The position numbers and the translations under genes were made by a program. From Rhizophagus irregularis (taxonomy: Eukaryota), in NCBI RefSeq assembly GCF_026210795.1, contig NC_089432.1:2728001-2792000 (forward strand): a stretch of DNA of 64,000 bases. Direction: 5' to 3'. Position 1 is the stretch's first letter. Each line of letters opens with the position of its first letter. Below are positions 52,923-64,000 of the stretch, one piece after another. Under the pieces are notes generated by a model. It ran no database searches, was not told the origin of the DNA, and saw only the letters and a program-made list of their open reading frames with translations.

Positions 52923-54985
52923 ATGTCTTATAACACCGAACTTGTTAGCAATTTAAATGATTGGAATAAATGGATTGAAGAAGCGATTTCTAAAAAACTT
53001 ATTAAGTATTATGAGTATGACCAATTTTATAATATTCAAGAAATTGGTTCCGGTGGTTTTGGAAAAGTTTGTCGTGCTAATTGGAAGAATTCTCATAAGC
53101 GTTATGCAATAAAATCTTTTTTTAATATTAATGATGCTACAGTCAAAGCATTAGTTCGTGAGGTAAATTATAATGTCGAACATTTTTCATTATTATTATA
53201 AATATTTAAGTTTTTTAATATTTATTAACTAGATTCAACTTCAACGTGAAGTTGATTTTCATGATAATGTTATTCATTTTTATGGCGTCACAACTTCCAT
53301 TAAGGGTATGATATATTCTAATATTATTTATTTCATATAATAATTAATTGATTAATAAAAATTTTTTTTTTTAAAGAAAACCAAATAAAAGAATATTCGT
53401 TAGTGTTAGAATATGCGGAAAATGGTACCCTCCGAAAATATTTGAAGGAAAATTTTGAAAATCTAACTTGGGACAAGAAATATAATCTCGCATTTCAATT
53501 GGTTTATGCAGTATCATGTTTGCATGATGAAGGGATCGTGCACCGTGATTTGGTAGATATTTTACAATTTATTATGTGTTATATTTTTAATGATTCTCTT
53601 ATTTTAACGTTAATTTAATATTGATAGCACTCCAATAACGTGTTAGTCCATCAGAATACTATTAAGCTAGCAGATTTTGGCTTATCAAAAAGAATTGAGG
53701 AAACATCTAACTCTCATTCGAGAACATTTGGATTAATTCCTTACACTGATCCAAAAAGCTTTAATAGTAGTACAACAGAATTATATTTATTAAATAAGAA
53801 AAGTGATGTTTATAGCATTGGAGTATTGCTATGGGAGATATCTAGTGGTCAGCCTCCTTTTCAAGGTAGACCGCATGATGTTGGTTTGGCTCTAGGTATT
53901 TTACAAGGCCTCAGAGAGACACCTATTCCCAATACGTCTATAGATTATATAAAAATTTATACCGGTAAATACAATTTAACTATGACTTATAAACAATGTT
54001 GTTTAATTACTAATTAATGACGTTCTTTTTTGTAGATTGTTGGAATATTGAACCTGATAATCGTCCAACTATTAATCAAGTAGTTGATGAATTAAAAGTA
54101 CTTATAATAAAAGAAAACATAAATATAAAGGATTTTCATTTATATGATGATCACAAACTACCTGATTTAGATGTTAAAATTTCTGAAAGTACTAATTCAT
54201 TAAATGTAGAATTATCTCAACTTATTCAAAATTTTAATGTAATGAATACAAAAGAAATAGAACCTTCAATATCATCAATTAACCAATTTGATGATAACTT
54301 TAATATAATAGTTAATAATGTGTTCAATTTTTTTGTTAATTTTAATGATAATGTAGGAAAACAAAAGACCTTAAGTTATCTTAATGAACAAAATATAACT
54401 TTGCAAGAGATTAATAATTTATTATTGAATGATCAAAATAACTCAAATTCTATTTACTTACTTGGAAAATTTAATGAATTAGGAATTGGGATTAGTGTTA
54501 ATAAGCAAAAAGCATTTAAGTTATATCAAAAAGCAGCAGATTTAGGAAATGTATTAGGAATACATGATTTAGGGTATTGTTATAAAAATGGAATTGGAAC
54601 TTATATTGATACGAAAAAAGCATTTGAATTATATCAAAAGGCTGCAGATTTAGGACATGCAACTGGAATTAGTAATTTAGGACTTTGTTATTGCAAGGGA
54701 ATTGGAATTGATACTGATAAGAAAAAAGGATTTGAATTATATCAAAAGGCAGCAGATTTAGGAAATTCATTTGGAATAAATAATTTAGGTAATTGTTATA
54801 AATATGGAATTGAAACTGATATTGATGAGAAAAAAGCATTTGAATTATATCAAAAGGCAGCAGATTTAGGAAATTCATTTGGAATAATTAATTTAGGTAA
54901 TTGTTATGCATATGGAATTGGAACTGATATTGATAAGAAAAAAGCACTTGAATTATTCCAAAAATTTGCAGATTTAAAGAAGTAA
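52923..54985 (+). CDS. TKL kinase-Sel1 repeat protein D (~591 aa, 5 exons), canonical motifs
   Basis: Exons 52923-53162, 53233-53305, 53377-53552, 53628-53964, 54036-54985. Motifs GSGGFG, AIK, HRDLHSNN, ADFG, SDVYS; five Sel1 repeats but no terminal AIYxYEKSA repeat. Confidence 0.92.
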
Positions 54986-56714
54986 TTAATGTACCTAAAT
55001 ATATATTTTAGTACATTAAATAAAAATTTTTCATTATATTTGATAGTTACTTAGAACTTATTATTATTTTGCTAGGCTAATATTGTACTTTTGTATAATA
55101 AGTCATATAAGCTTTATGTTACTAATTTTCCTTTATAAACTTTATAAATTTTATATTACATTCTATATTTGCTCTTTAGATGTTAATGCAATACATATTG
55201 TCATTAGTTATTTATTATATTCCTATATTTATTAATTTTGTTATATTATAGCAAGATTTTTAAAAAAATCTAGCTTGAGAGTAAATAATAAAGGATAACC
55301 AAGTTTTGAACTTCAATTATTTTCCACAAGGTAAAATTAAATTCTACATTAAATAAACTAGGTTTAACAGGTAACTATGTCAAGTAATGTGAAATTAAAA
55401 TCAGTATAGTAATACACCTAATAATAAGACTTCATAATTTTTATTAAAATTCCTTTTAAAATTCAAATGTTGATCAAATTTTTTATTTAACTAATAAATT
55501 CACTCATTATTCCAAGACTTCAAAACTATAGAACTATTTATCACGCATATTATATTAATTCAACAATAGAATAATTGAGTGTTTTATGATGAGGAAACTT
55601 GCTTCTGAATTTTTGCTTTGCAAAATTATTTCTACTAAAAAATTTTTTTACTATATACTTTATTAAAAATAAACATAATATCTATAAAACCCCGATTTTT
55701 ACTGGTTACTTTAAATACTTCTCTCCTATTGCCGTTTGTGATCACGTAATGATCGAATACGGCAGGATGCCGAAAACTGCTGACAATTTGTGATTCCAAA
55801 GTCGTAATTAATTGATTTATTTACAGTATTATGATAAATGAATCACAGTATTCGAAATTTTCTACTTTTTTAAAAAATAAGAATATAATACAACACACAA
55901 TGCTGATTCCCCTAAAATTTTTCCTAAGAAAAAAGTTAACTTCGTTCTTTGAACTTGGTTATGAACTCTTTCTTGTCGAGAAAAGATTCATCTTCTATTT
56001 ATTATTTATTTTATAAGAATTTTAATATATATGAATAAAATTATTTTTCTTCCCGAAAATTTTTATTGAGGGATCTATTTTTTCATTTCATGAAATCTTT
56101 TAAAAAAAATTTAAAACATTTATTATTGCTTATTTCAAGAAAATTATAAAATGTTCACTTAAGAAATAAAGAAATAAACGATTTAAATGAGCACAATTAT
56201 GTTATTTTTTTATTTTTTTTTAAAGTTCAAATAAACTCAACTTTAAATCCTTTTAAATAAGTATAAATTTTATTCTACGTAGTTTTTAATAATATCTCAA
56301 GCATAAATTACTTTTTTTTTAAGTTTATGGTACCCTTTTATTATTTTACGGTATGCGCATATTTTATTTTACGGAGATAACAATTAAAGAGATCGTAGTA
56401 TTTACTACGTTGACAACTAATATTGAACTTATAAAAGATTTAACATTAATAAAATTTTCTTTAAAATATTTATTTTCGAGAGTATATAATTCATGTCCAA
56501 TAATTTATAAGATAATTTTCATTTTGTTAGCAAAATTACTATTAATTAAACGAATTATGGAAGGAGAAGCAAAAAGTTGGTACAACTCAAATCTATAAAT
56601 TGACATTTTACCGTGATACCGTTATCGGTTATATAAATTCAACCGACACTATCAATATAGAGTAGATTAGATCACTTTAACTCTACACTAAAGATAAAGT
56701 AAATTATAATCGAA

Positions 56715-56831
56715 ATGATTTCAAGAAACTTGTGCTTCTTGACTATACCCATCTTTATTTGCACAATATTTAAGCATGAAGCTACTGATGAAGGTTCAAA
56801 AACAGCTGCAGGTGTAAATGGTATACTGTAA
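56715..56831 (+). CDS. Possible 38-aa small peptide with hydrophobic N-terminus
   Basis: MISRNLCFLTIPIFICTIFKHEATDEGSKTAAGVNGIL*, with TATATAAA ~85 bp upstream. Confidence 0.3.
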   Translation: MISRNLCFLTIPIFICTIFKHEATDEGSKTAAGVNGIL

Positions 56832-57134
56832 AGTCTGAAACTTTCTAAATTACACATAATAAGTAATGACTTTATAATTAAATTTTGTGAAAATGATGAA
56901 ACAATAATTAATTGAATTTAATTAATTTTCGTTTTAGAAAACATTTTTTCGTCCTATTTAAATAATTATTACGTGTGTGTATTTTCTTAATACGTCGTAA
57001 TTTCTTAATTTTCAACAAAAATCCTTTTTATTCTCTTCATGAGAAGTAATGTGTCACGTGAAATATAATAAAAACAATCAATCATGTAAAACAAGGACAT
57101 TACTGAATCTATTAAAATAGAATACACATACCTG

Positions 57135-58637
57135 CCCTATAAAAAAATTGGATACGTTTTTTATAAAGTTTTTATACGATTTTTTTTCCTTAGAAATAAC
57201 GTATCATAATAGGATACGGAAAAATGCACAATTCCGTATCACCAAAAATATGGTTTGGATACGGAATTTGCACGGGATTTATATGGAATTTACATGATTT
57301 GATCACTGATTTTATCACGAAATTTATACGATTTGGTCACTGAATTTACTATTTGTATTACAGTTTACTATAATTGTATTTACATAAATCTAATTTCACT
57401 TTATTAAATTAAATAAAAAATAAAAAATAAACAAAGTACAAATACATTATGAAAATTCCCTCTTTATTAAAACCACCTATTGCAACCTAAATTATCTATA
57501 AGTTCAGGTTCATTTGTAGTCAAACAACCTAAAAGAACAGAAAAAAAGATTGGAAACAAAACCCCCCATCTGCAATCGTCCAAGTCACCAAATGTCAGCA
57601 TTCCTACAAAAAAAGAAAGAGAACTCCAGAATGTCTGACCTACATAAAAGAAAAGAATTATGAGGCGTCTAATGAAAAAGAAACCAAAACAACAAAATAA
57701 ATCCAAAACTGACCTACAAAAAAAGAAGACTCTGAAGCAACAAAACTGAAACAACCTACAAAAAGAAAAGAATCTGAACCCAACATACAAAAAAACAAAA
57801 AAATTTGAACTGACCTAAAAAAAGAAAAAAATCCTGAATCATCCTACAAAAAGAAAAGGACTCCCAAACTGATCTACAAAAAAAAAAAAAAAGAAACTGA
57901 ATATTCTCACAAAAAAAATCTGCTGGCCTATGAAATTAAATCCAAAAAAAAATATTTTTTTAAAAAGAGGAATAACGAAGTTAGGAAAGTTAAAAAAAAA
58001 TTTTTTTTTAAAGGGAGGACGTCAAAGTTAGAAAAATAAAAATTTTTTTATAAAGAGGAAATAGAAATAGAAAGAAGAAATTTTTTTTTAAAAAAAAAGA
58101 AGAGTGGGAATAAAAGAAAAAATTTTTTTTCAAAGGAGAGTGACGAAAAAAAAAATTTTTAAAGTGAGGTACGAAAAAAAAATTATTTTTAAAAGGGGTG
58201 ACGAAAAAAAAAATTATTTTTAAAAGGGGTGACGAAGAAAGAAGAAAAATTTAGAAAAAATAACAAAAATAAGACAAGAGAAAGAGAAAGGAAAAGAAAG
58301 ACAGAAAGGAAGATCGGAAGATCAAACTCATCAAAGTAAGGGTTTATATAAAAAAACAAAAAACGTATCATAACAAAACAATAAACAATCATGTGATCTC
58401 GTGTTATGATACGGGATTTTTGTAAAATTATCTTCTAAAAATATTAAGTTTAAAAATTCCGTATACATTCCGCATGATTAATTTTTTCCGTATACATTTC
58501 TTATACATTAGTTTTTTAAAAAAATGTTCAAAAATGAATTACTTATTAAATATACGGAATTTGTATACGGAATCTATAGAAACGTACATAAAATGTATAC
58601 AAAACGTATCCTTTCCGTATACATATTTTTTATAGGG
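57135..58637. mobile_element. Non-autonomous CACTA/CMC-like element, 1503 bp
   Basis: TIR CCCTATAAAAAA...TTTTTTATAGGG, 3-bp TSD CTG (57132-57134 and 58638-58640), ATACGG(A) subterminal repeats at both ends, A-rich interior. Confidence 0.85.
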
Positions 58638-59839
58638 CTGCAATAAATATTACATAAATTTGGAATAAGAATTTTTTTGAAGGCCGATGTATTTTTATTT
58701 AATTAAACATTTTCTGAATTTAGGTCATGTAATTAACTATTTTTGTGGTAAAATAAAGCGTTAGAAGCCAAATTAGCGAAGCGCATAGAATTATTCGTCT
58801 AGTTTTTTTTCAGGTTTATTTACACATAAGAGATTTATAATTGAAAATATATTATTCAAATATCTAATAATACATTATAAAATTTTGATATTTTATGTGC
58901 TGCTAAAATTATTTTAGTTTGTTGAGAATTGTCAAGTTTCGGTGACAATGTGGTATATACCGTAAAATCCTTTGAGGTACCATTTTTTTCAAATGTTAGA
59001 AATAATTTAGTTGTCATAAAAAATGGTTTGCCGTTGTCTTTAAAATGTCAGTAAATTCTAGTTTTAATTACAATAAACACAGAATAGATCAGGCGCAGAC
59101 ATGCCACGTATTTCCATGTTACACAATTCAAATCAATGATAAATGATAAGCGCTATATTAAGAATTGACAGTGTAAAGCGTATCTTTTTTTCCTTGTGAA
59201 AAAACAAAATGAGTTCTGCCTATAGCTCCAAAATGTCAATAACTTTCCAAATTCGATGCTAGAAGCAAAATTCAATATGGAAAAGGTAGTTCGTCAAAGT
59301 ACTTTTGACAAATTACGTATTGAAATGATTAAATTGTCCAATAACCTTTTATTTTTTAATGATTATGTGGCTGTGAATGATCAGATAAAAGAAATAGGTC
59401 ATACTTTCCTTATTTATTTATTTATTTATTCTTTTAAAAAAATAGAAATCATCTGTTTCCGCATTATTAATTCAAAGTGGCACTGTTTGTTCCGATTGTG
59501 GCGCAATGTAAAAAAAAACGTGGCAAGAATACTCTCATGCGTCTCTTTTGTTTCACCCTCGTTAATAAAACAACAATTTTGCAAATGATTACGGCTAAAA
59601 AATAATTATTAACATCAAAATCTCGCATTTCCTCATGAATTTTAACATAGCCATGGCACAATATAGAAAAACGTGGCAAAATACTCTTGTACGCCTCCTT
59701 TACTTCGCTCGCCTTTAAATAATTTGGAATATATGTTATTATAAAAAAATTTTCTTATATAAATACTTTGAGAAAGTAGAGAGAAATTTCTTTAAACGCA
59801 TTAATAAATAACGAATTAAAAATTATATATAACGCAATA

Positions 59840-60171
59840 ATGAAATTCAAATACTTTTTGTTGATTTTCGTCATTACCATTGTTTTAGCGGGTAAATAAA
59901 TCATCATCTTACTTTATTAATATTAAAGAATCTTTTAATGAAAATTTGATAATTTAAATTCATTATTGACTCAGACGCAGCACCGTTTAATTATAAACGG
60001 GACGCAGACGCAGCACCGGCAGTTGCATTTAAACGAGACGCAGACGCAGCACCGGGGGTTGGATTTAAACGGGACGCAGACGCAGCACCGGTTGAATATA
60101 AACGGGACGCAGACGCAGCACCAACTTTAGACGCTCCAATACCCCCAATCGGGGGCGGACCGCCAACATGA
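59840..60171 (+). CDS. Secreted Kex2-processed repeat peptide precursor (KEP; alpha-factor-like architecture), 82 aa
   Basis: Exon 1 59840-59891, intron 59892-59974 (alternative in-frame AG at 59980), exon 2 59975-60171. Protein: MKFKYFLLIFVITIVLA-DAAPFNY-KR-DADAAPAVAF-KR-DADAAPGVGF-KR-DADAAPVEY-KR-DADAAPTLDAPIPPIGGGPPT*. TATATAAA at 59756. Confidence 0.88.
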
Positions 60172-62163
60172 TGCGGATGCAGCAACAATTATAAACACAT
60201 ATTAATCGTGATGCAGATACAGAATAATTATTATTTGCTATATTTACTAGATATACAGTATAATATATTGATTTCAACAATAATATGTATATTTTGATTA
60301 TCGACAAATAAAATCTCATGTTTACTTACTAATTACTAGTTGCTAGTAGTGTATTTTTTACTCTTTTTTTTTTAATGATATTATCATGTCTGGATTGTCT
60401 TCGTTTTTCCTATTGTTCAGAATTCAAAATAACAGGGAAAAAATAATGGACCTACTTTCCCTATACAAAATTTTATACAAAAACTCCATAAAAATGAGCC
60501 TTTTACGTGGAATATAGAAAATAGATCGACTTTTTATATTATGATTCTATTTTCAAATATATATAAGAATTTTCATATTTGAAGTTTATTAAGCGAAATA
60601 TTTAAATAATTATAGGGGAATTTTTTTTTTTTTTTTTTTGATAAAATAATAATATTTTTTTTTCTTTAAATTAGAATTACGAAAATTTTTTTAAAAAATT
60701 GTAGAAAATTATTTGATGAAATCACCTTAAAGTTTATTCATGTTCATATCAAAAACGTTTTGTTAGCCATAATAATTATTGATTTCACATGCTTTTTCGC
60801 AAAATATTTTGAAAACCGCACAAAATAGTTGCGCCACAATTCTTTATTCGTCGCTTAGTAAAACTAAAAATATAACATATTTTAAATAATATTGTCAAGT
60901 TTCAGTAAACTTTATAATAAAATAAACTCTATATTACAATTTACTTTCAATTAAATCATGCTTTCTTTTACAGACACTACAATGTAAACTTGCATAAGAG
61001 TTCATTATAATTACTAGGTTAAATTTTAAGCCATCGTGCCTCATTCAACGGATAGATTGATTATCAGGTAAATATTGTAATATTGTACTTATTAAACTCT
61101 TCATTGAAGTACGATGTAATCATATTAACGTAACATAATACGAACATCATTTCCTGATAGATACTGCACATTACTTTGACAATAATACTAGCTTTATTTA
61201 AATAATAATTTAACATTTGTAAATAGAACAAATTTTGTATCTTCTTTCTTAATATATAGTAAGTAAATTATGACAGAATGATGCAGGTTAATGAAATTTA
61301 CAAAACAGGCCCTAAAAGCCAAAATTTTTACGCTCTTTAATTATGCCGTAAGGCCAAAGGAATTATGTCTCTTCTTAGTTACTAAGTTCAGTTGTGAAGC
61401 AGTTAAAAACTATACAATAGCGTTTAAGCGATAAACATATGACAGATTTTTTCATATAAAAAATATGATAATTTTTAGATGCTTAAATCTAACAACAGCA
61501 ACTTCATAGTTATAATTAATTTTTATGAACTGTTCTTACAAGGTTACGAGTAAATATTTCAGATTTAAAATCTTATCAATATATCGAAGCTTGATTATTT
61601 CCTATCAAATGGTAGGTAGGTCGGTATTTAAGAAAAATTCAATAAAGAGAATTCCACTTCAAGAAATTATATATATTCCTTCAATAAATTATTACCTATA
61701 TTGAAAATTTTGTATACAAGAAAAAATTCGATAATGCACTTTATATGATACCAAATATAGTTTTTAATGATATTTTACCATAAATATTTGAAAATTTGAA
61801 AATTTTACAATAAATGTGATTTCTAATTACATTACGACGAATTTAATTTTTCCAATATTGAGGAAATTAGTTATTTGACACATTTTTTAACAAATTTGCA
61901 TATCATTTATAACTTATAGGGCGAAGCATGGTTTTGCTTAAATTCACAAAATGAACATCTGTTACATCTTAAGGTAAATGCTATTCATGATCCCCCACTT
62001 TTATTAATACCCTGTAATAAATCATCGTTTGTTAATTTTATTGCGCTATTCGTTTTAAAAAAAGCTCGACTAGGGAGAAATTCTTGGAATCAAAAATATT
62101 TAGTTTATTTTCATAATAAATACATGTATTCTTTAATATTTCATTTTATGTGTTTACTACTAA

Positions 62164-63714
62164 TTAATTTCCTTTTATAAAATCACTTGTACGAATCACT
62201 AAGCTAGAATAACTTTGCACTTTAATATTATACAACCCAAATTCTTTCACTTCATTGTTAAATGAAGATAAATCACTACTATGACCTCTAAGATCATATA
62301 ATGGAGTTATAAAGAAAGATAAATACTCAACTCTTTTCTTTTTTAAGATATATTTTTTTATAGAAGGTAAAATATCTTGACCTTCAATACTATAGATTAA
62401 TAATTTCTTAATAAAAGTATTTTGAGAATTTTTTAGAAATACTTCAAAATCAATTATTTTAATATGATGAAGAAATAAATGTAAATATTCTAATTTATAA
62501 GGAATATGTTGACCTAAATTTTGTAATATAATTGAACTACATCCATTACTGTCATATGATGTACTGATTGAAAGATGATTAAGATTTTGTTTAATACTTT
62601 CAATTAAATATAATACTGGATAAATAATTTGATCATCATTTCCAATTAAGTCAAGATATTTGATATTTTTACAATATTTTATAATTAATTCTAATATTTT
62701 TTGTTTTGATGATGAATTAGGTATAAATCCAAATTCATACCCAAAATTTTCTAAATAATCACCGAATTTTTGTAATAATAATTGTAATGATTCAATTTGT
62801 AATAATTCGTTTATAAATAAAGATTTCAATTTAAATGATTTAGTTAAATTAATAATTTGTTTAGTAAAATCATTATTTAAAGAAGTACATTTAATGATAT
62901 GAACTGATTCTAAAACATTTAGTCGTTCAAAAATTCTATTTAAATTGGTTATACTGTTAAAATCAACACAATAAAAAATGATTGTATTTAAAGTATTTGA
63001 ACAATTATAATCTTTTGATAATAATAATGATTGATATAAAGGAAAATTATTATGACGTAAGAAAATTCTTTTAAGATTTTGATGTAAATTAATTATTTGA
63101 AATATATAATCATTATTGTCGTTTTTGAGAACACCTGAAGTATTAATATAAAGGTTTAAATTTCTAATATTGTGAATGAAATTTATACTTTTTAAAATTA
63201 ACCCAAGTATAGTATTAAGACACGGGTAATAATAATTACCTGAGATCTCAATTTCAAGAGTATGTAAATTTACTTCATTTTCAATAAAAATTTTAAATAA
63301 TGATATATTAATCAATTTTCTAATATCAGATGCTCTATATTCGGGGTTTAAAGGTTTAATAGCAGTTTCAACCCACTTTTCAACAGAGATAATAAACTTA
63401 AATGTATTCAAATATTTTAAAAACTTGAGATAATTGAACAGGGTATTCGAAGGTAATGAATTATTAATAATTTTACATTCATTTAATTCCGTCTTAATAT
63501 CATCAGTTATATTATGTAAGTAAATTTCAATAAAATTATAGTTTCCGGTACGTGATGAAAAAGGATTTTCCCACAATAATGGGATCGCTAAACGACACCA
63601 TAATCTGTTGATTAAAGTGCACGAATATAAAGTTGAATGATCATTTTGAAAATATTTTATAACTCCATAAGTTAATTCAGGTAAATCTCCTGAAAATATT
63701 TTTGAACATGTCAT
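62164..63714 (-). CDS. F-box-like / LRR-like protein 4 (516 aa)
   Basis: Full-length paralog with the same N-terminal motif. Confidence 0.88.
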   Translation of the reverse strand: MTCSKIFSGDLPELTYGVIKYFQNDHSTLYSCTLINRLWCRLAIPLLWENPFSSRTGNYNFIEIYLHNITDDIKTELNECKIINNSLPSNTLFNYLKFLKYLNTFKFIISVEKWVETAIKPLNPEYRASDIRKLINISLFKIFIENEVNLHTLEIEISGNYYYPCLNTILGLILKSINFIHNIRNLNLYINTSGVLKNDNNDYIFQIINLHQNLKRIFLRHNNFPLYQSLLLSKDYNCSNTLNTIIFYCVDFNSITNLNRIFERLNVLESVHIIKCTSLNNDFTKQIINLTKSFKLKSLFINELLQIESLQLLLQKFGDYLENFGYEFGFIPNSSSKQKILELIIKYCKNIKYLDLIGNDDQIIYPVLYLIESIKQNLNHLSISTSYDSNGCSSIILQNLGQHIPYKLEYLHLFLHHIKIIDFEVFLKNSQNTFIKKLLIYSIEGQDILPSIKKYILKKKRVEYLSFFITPLYDLRGHSSDLSSFNNEVKEFGLYNIKVQSYSSLVIRTSDFIKGN

Positions 63715-64000
63715 ATTTGTAAATTTTTGAAAGTGAAAAAAGGGGAGTTAACAAATTTTTATTTTGTCGAATTGGGTAAATTATATCGATTTTTTGCCGA
63801 TATTGTCGCACAATTACGCCAATTAATCATGTGTCACAGTGTTACTCTGTTACATGTTTTAATGATTTAGCGCAATTTTAAACTAATGAAATCTAATTAT
63901 GGCAAAGATATACATAGTAAAGATATGCATATTATTCAAGTTTTAAATATTCCGAGTACTCAATGCGTTCAAGATTTATTTGTTTCAATTTCATGTAAGT

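Noticed and set aside
59209..59588. 110-aa ORF upstream of the precursor as a processing enzyme
   Set aside because: No recognisable domain, and it runs into intron-like AT-rich sequence. No DUF3328-like or peptidase gene is seen nearby.
59991..60319. Minus-strand ORFs (GAASASRL repeats)
   Set aside because: Antisense shadows of the plus-strand KR-DADAAP precursor, which has a leader, intron and TATA box.

Overview
Very AT-rich eukaryotic DNA with short GT-AG introns. The gene content (tyrosine-kinase-like kinase fused to Sel1 repeats, intronless F-box/LRR-like paralogs, a Crinkler N-terminal relic) suggests an arbuscular mycorrhizal fungus (Glomeromycota, Rhizophagus-like); this is inferred from families only. 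The window holds four 5-exon kinase-Sel1 genes (two canonical, one partly degenerate, one probable pseudokinase) and four F-box/LRR-like genes plus a 3' fragment. It also holds a 121-aa secreted Cys protein, kinase, Crinkler and chromodomain relics, and many DNA transposons: an intact and a disrupted Tc1, a non-autonomous CACTA-like element, Helitron-like termini and a 15-bp-period foldback family. The top finding is missed by the ORF track: a spliced 82-aa gene (59840-60171, +) with a signal peptide and KR-DADAAP repeats, i.e. an alpha-factor-like Kex2/Ste13-type multi-peptide precursor. The F-box family and three of the kinase genes each keep an upstream motif containing HMG-box-like ACAAT sites.
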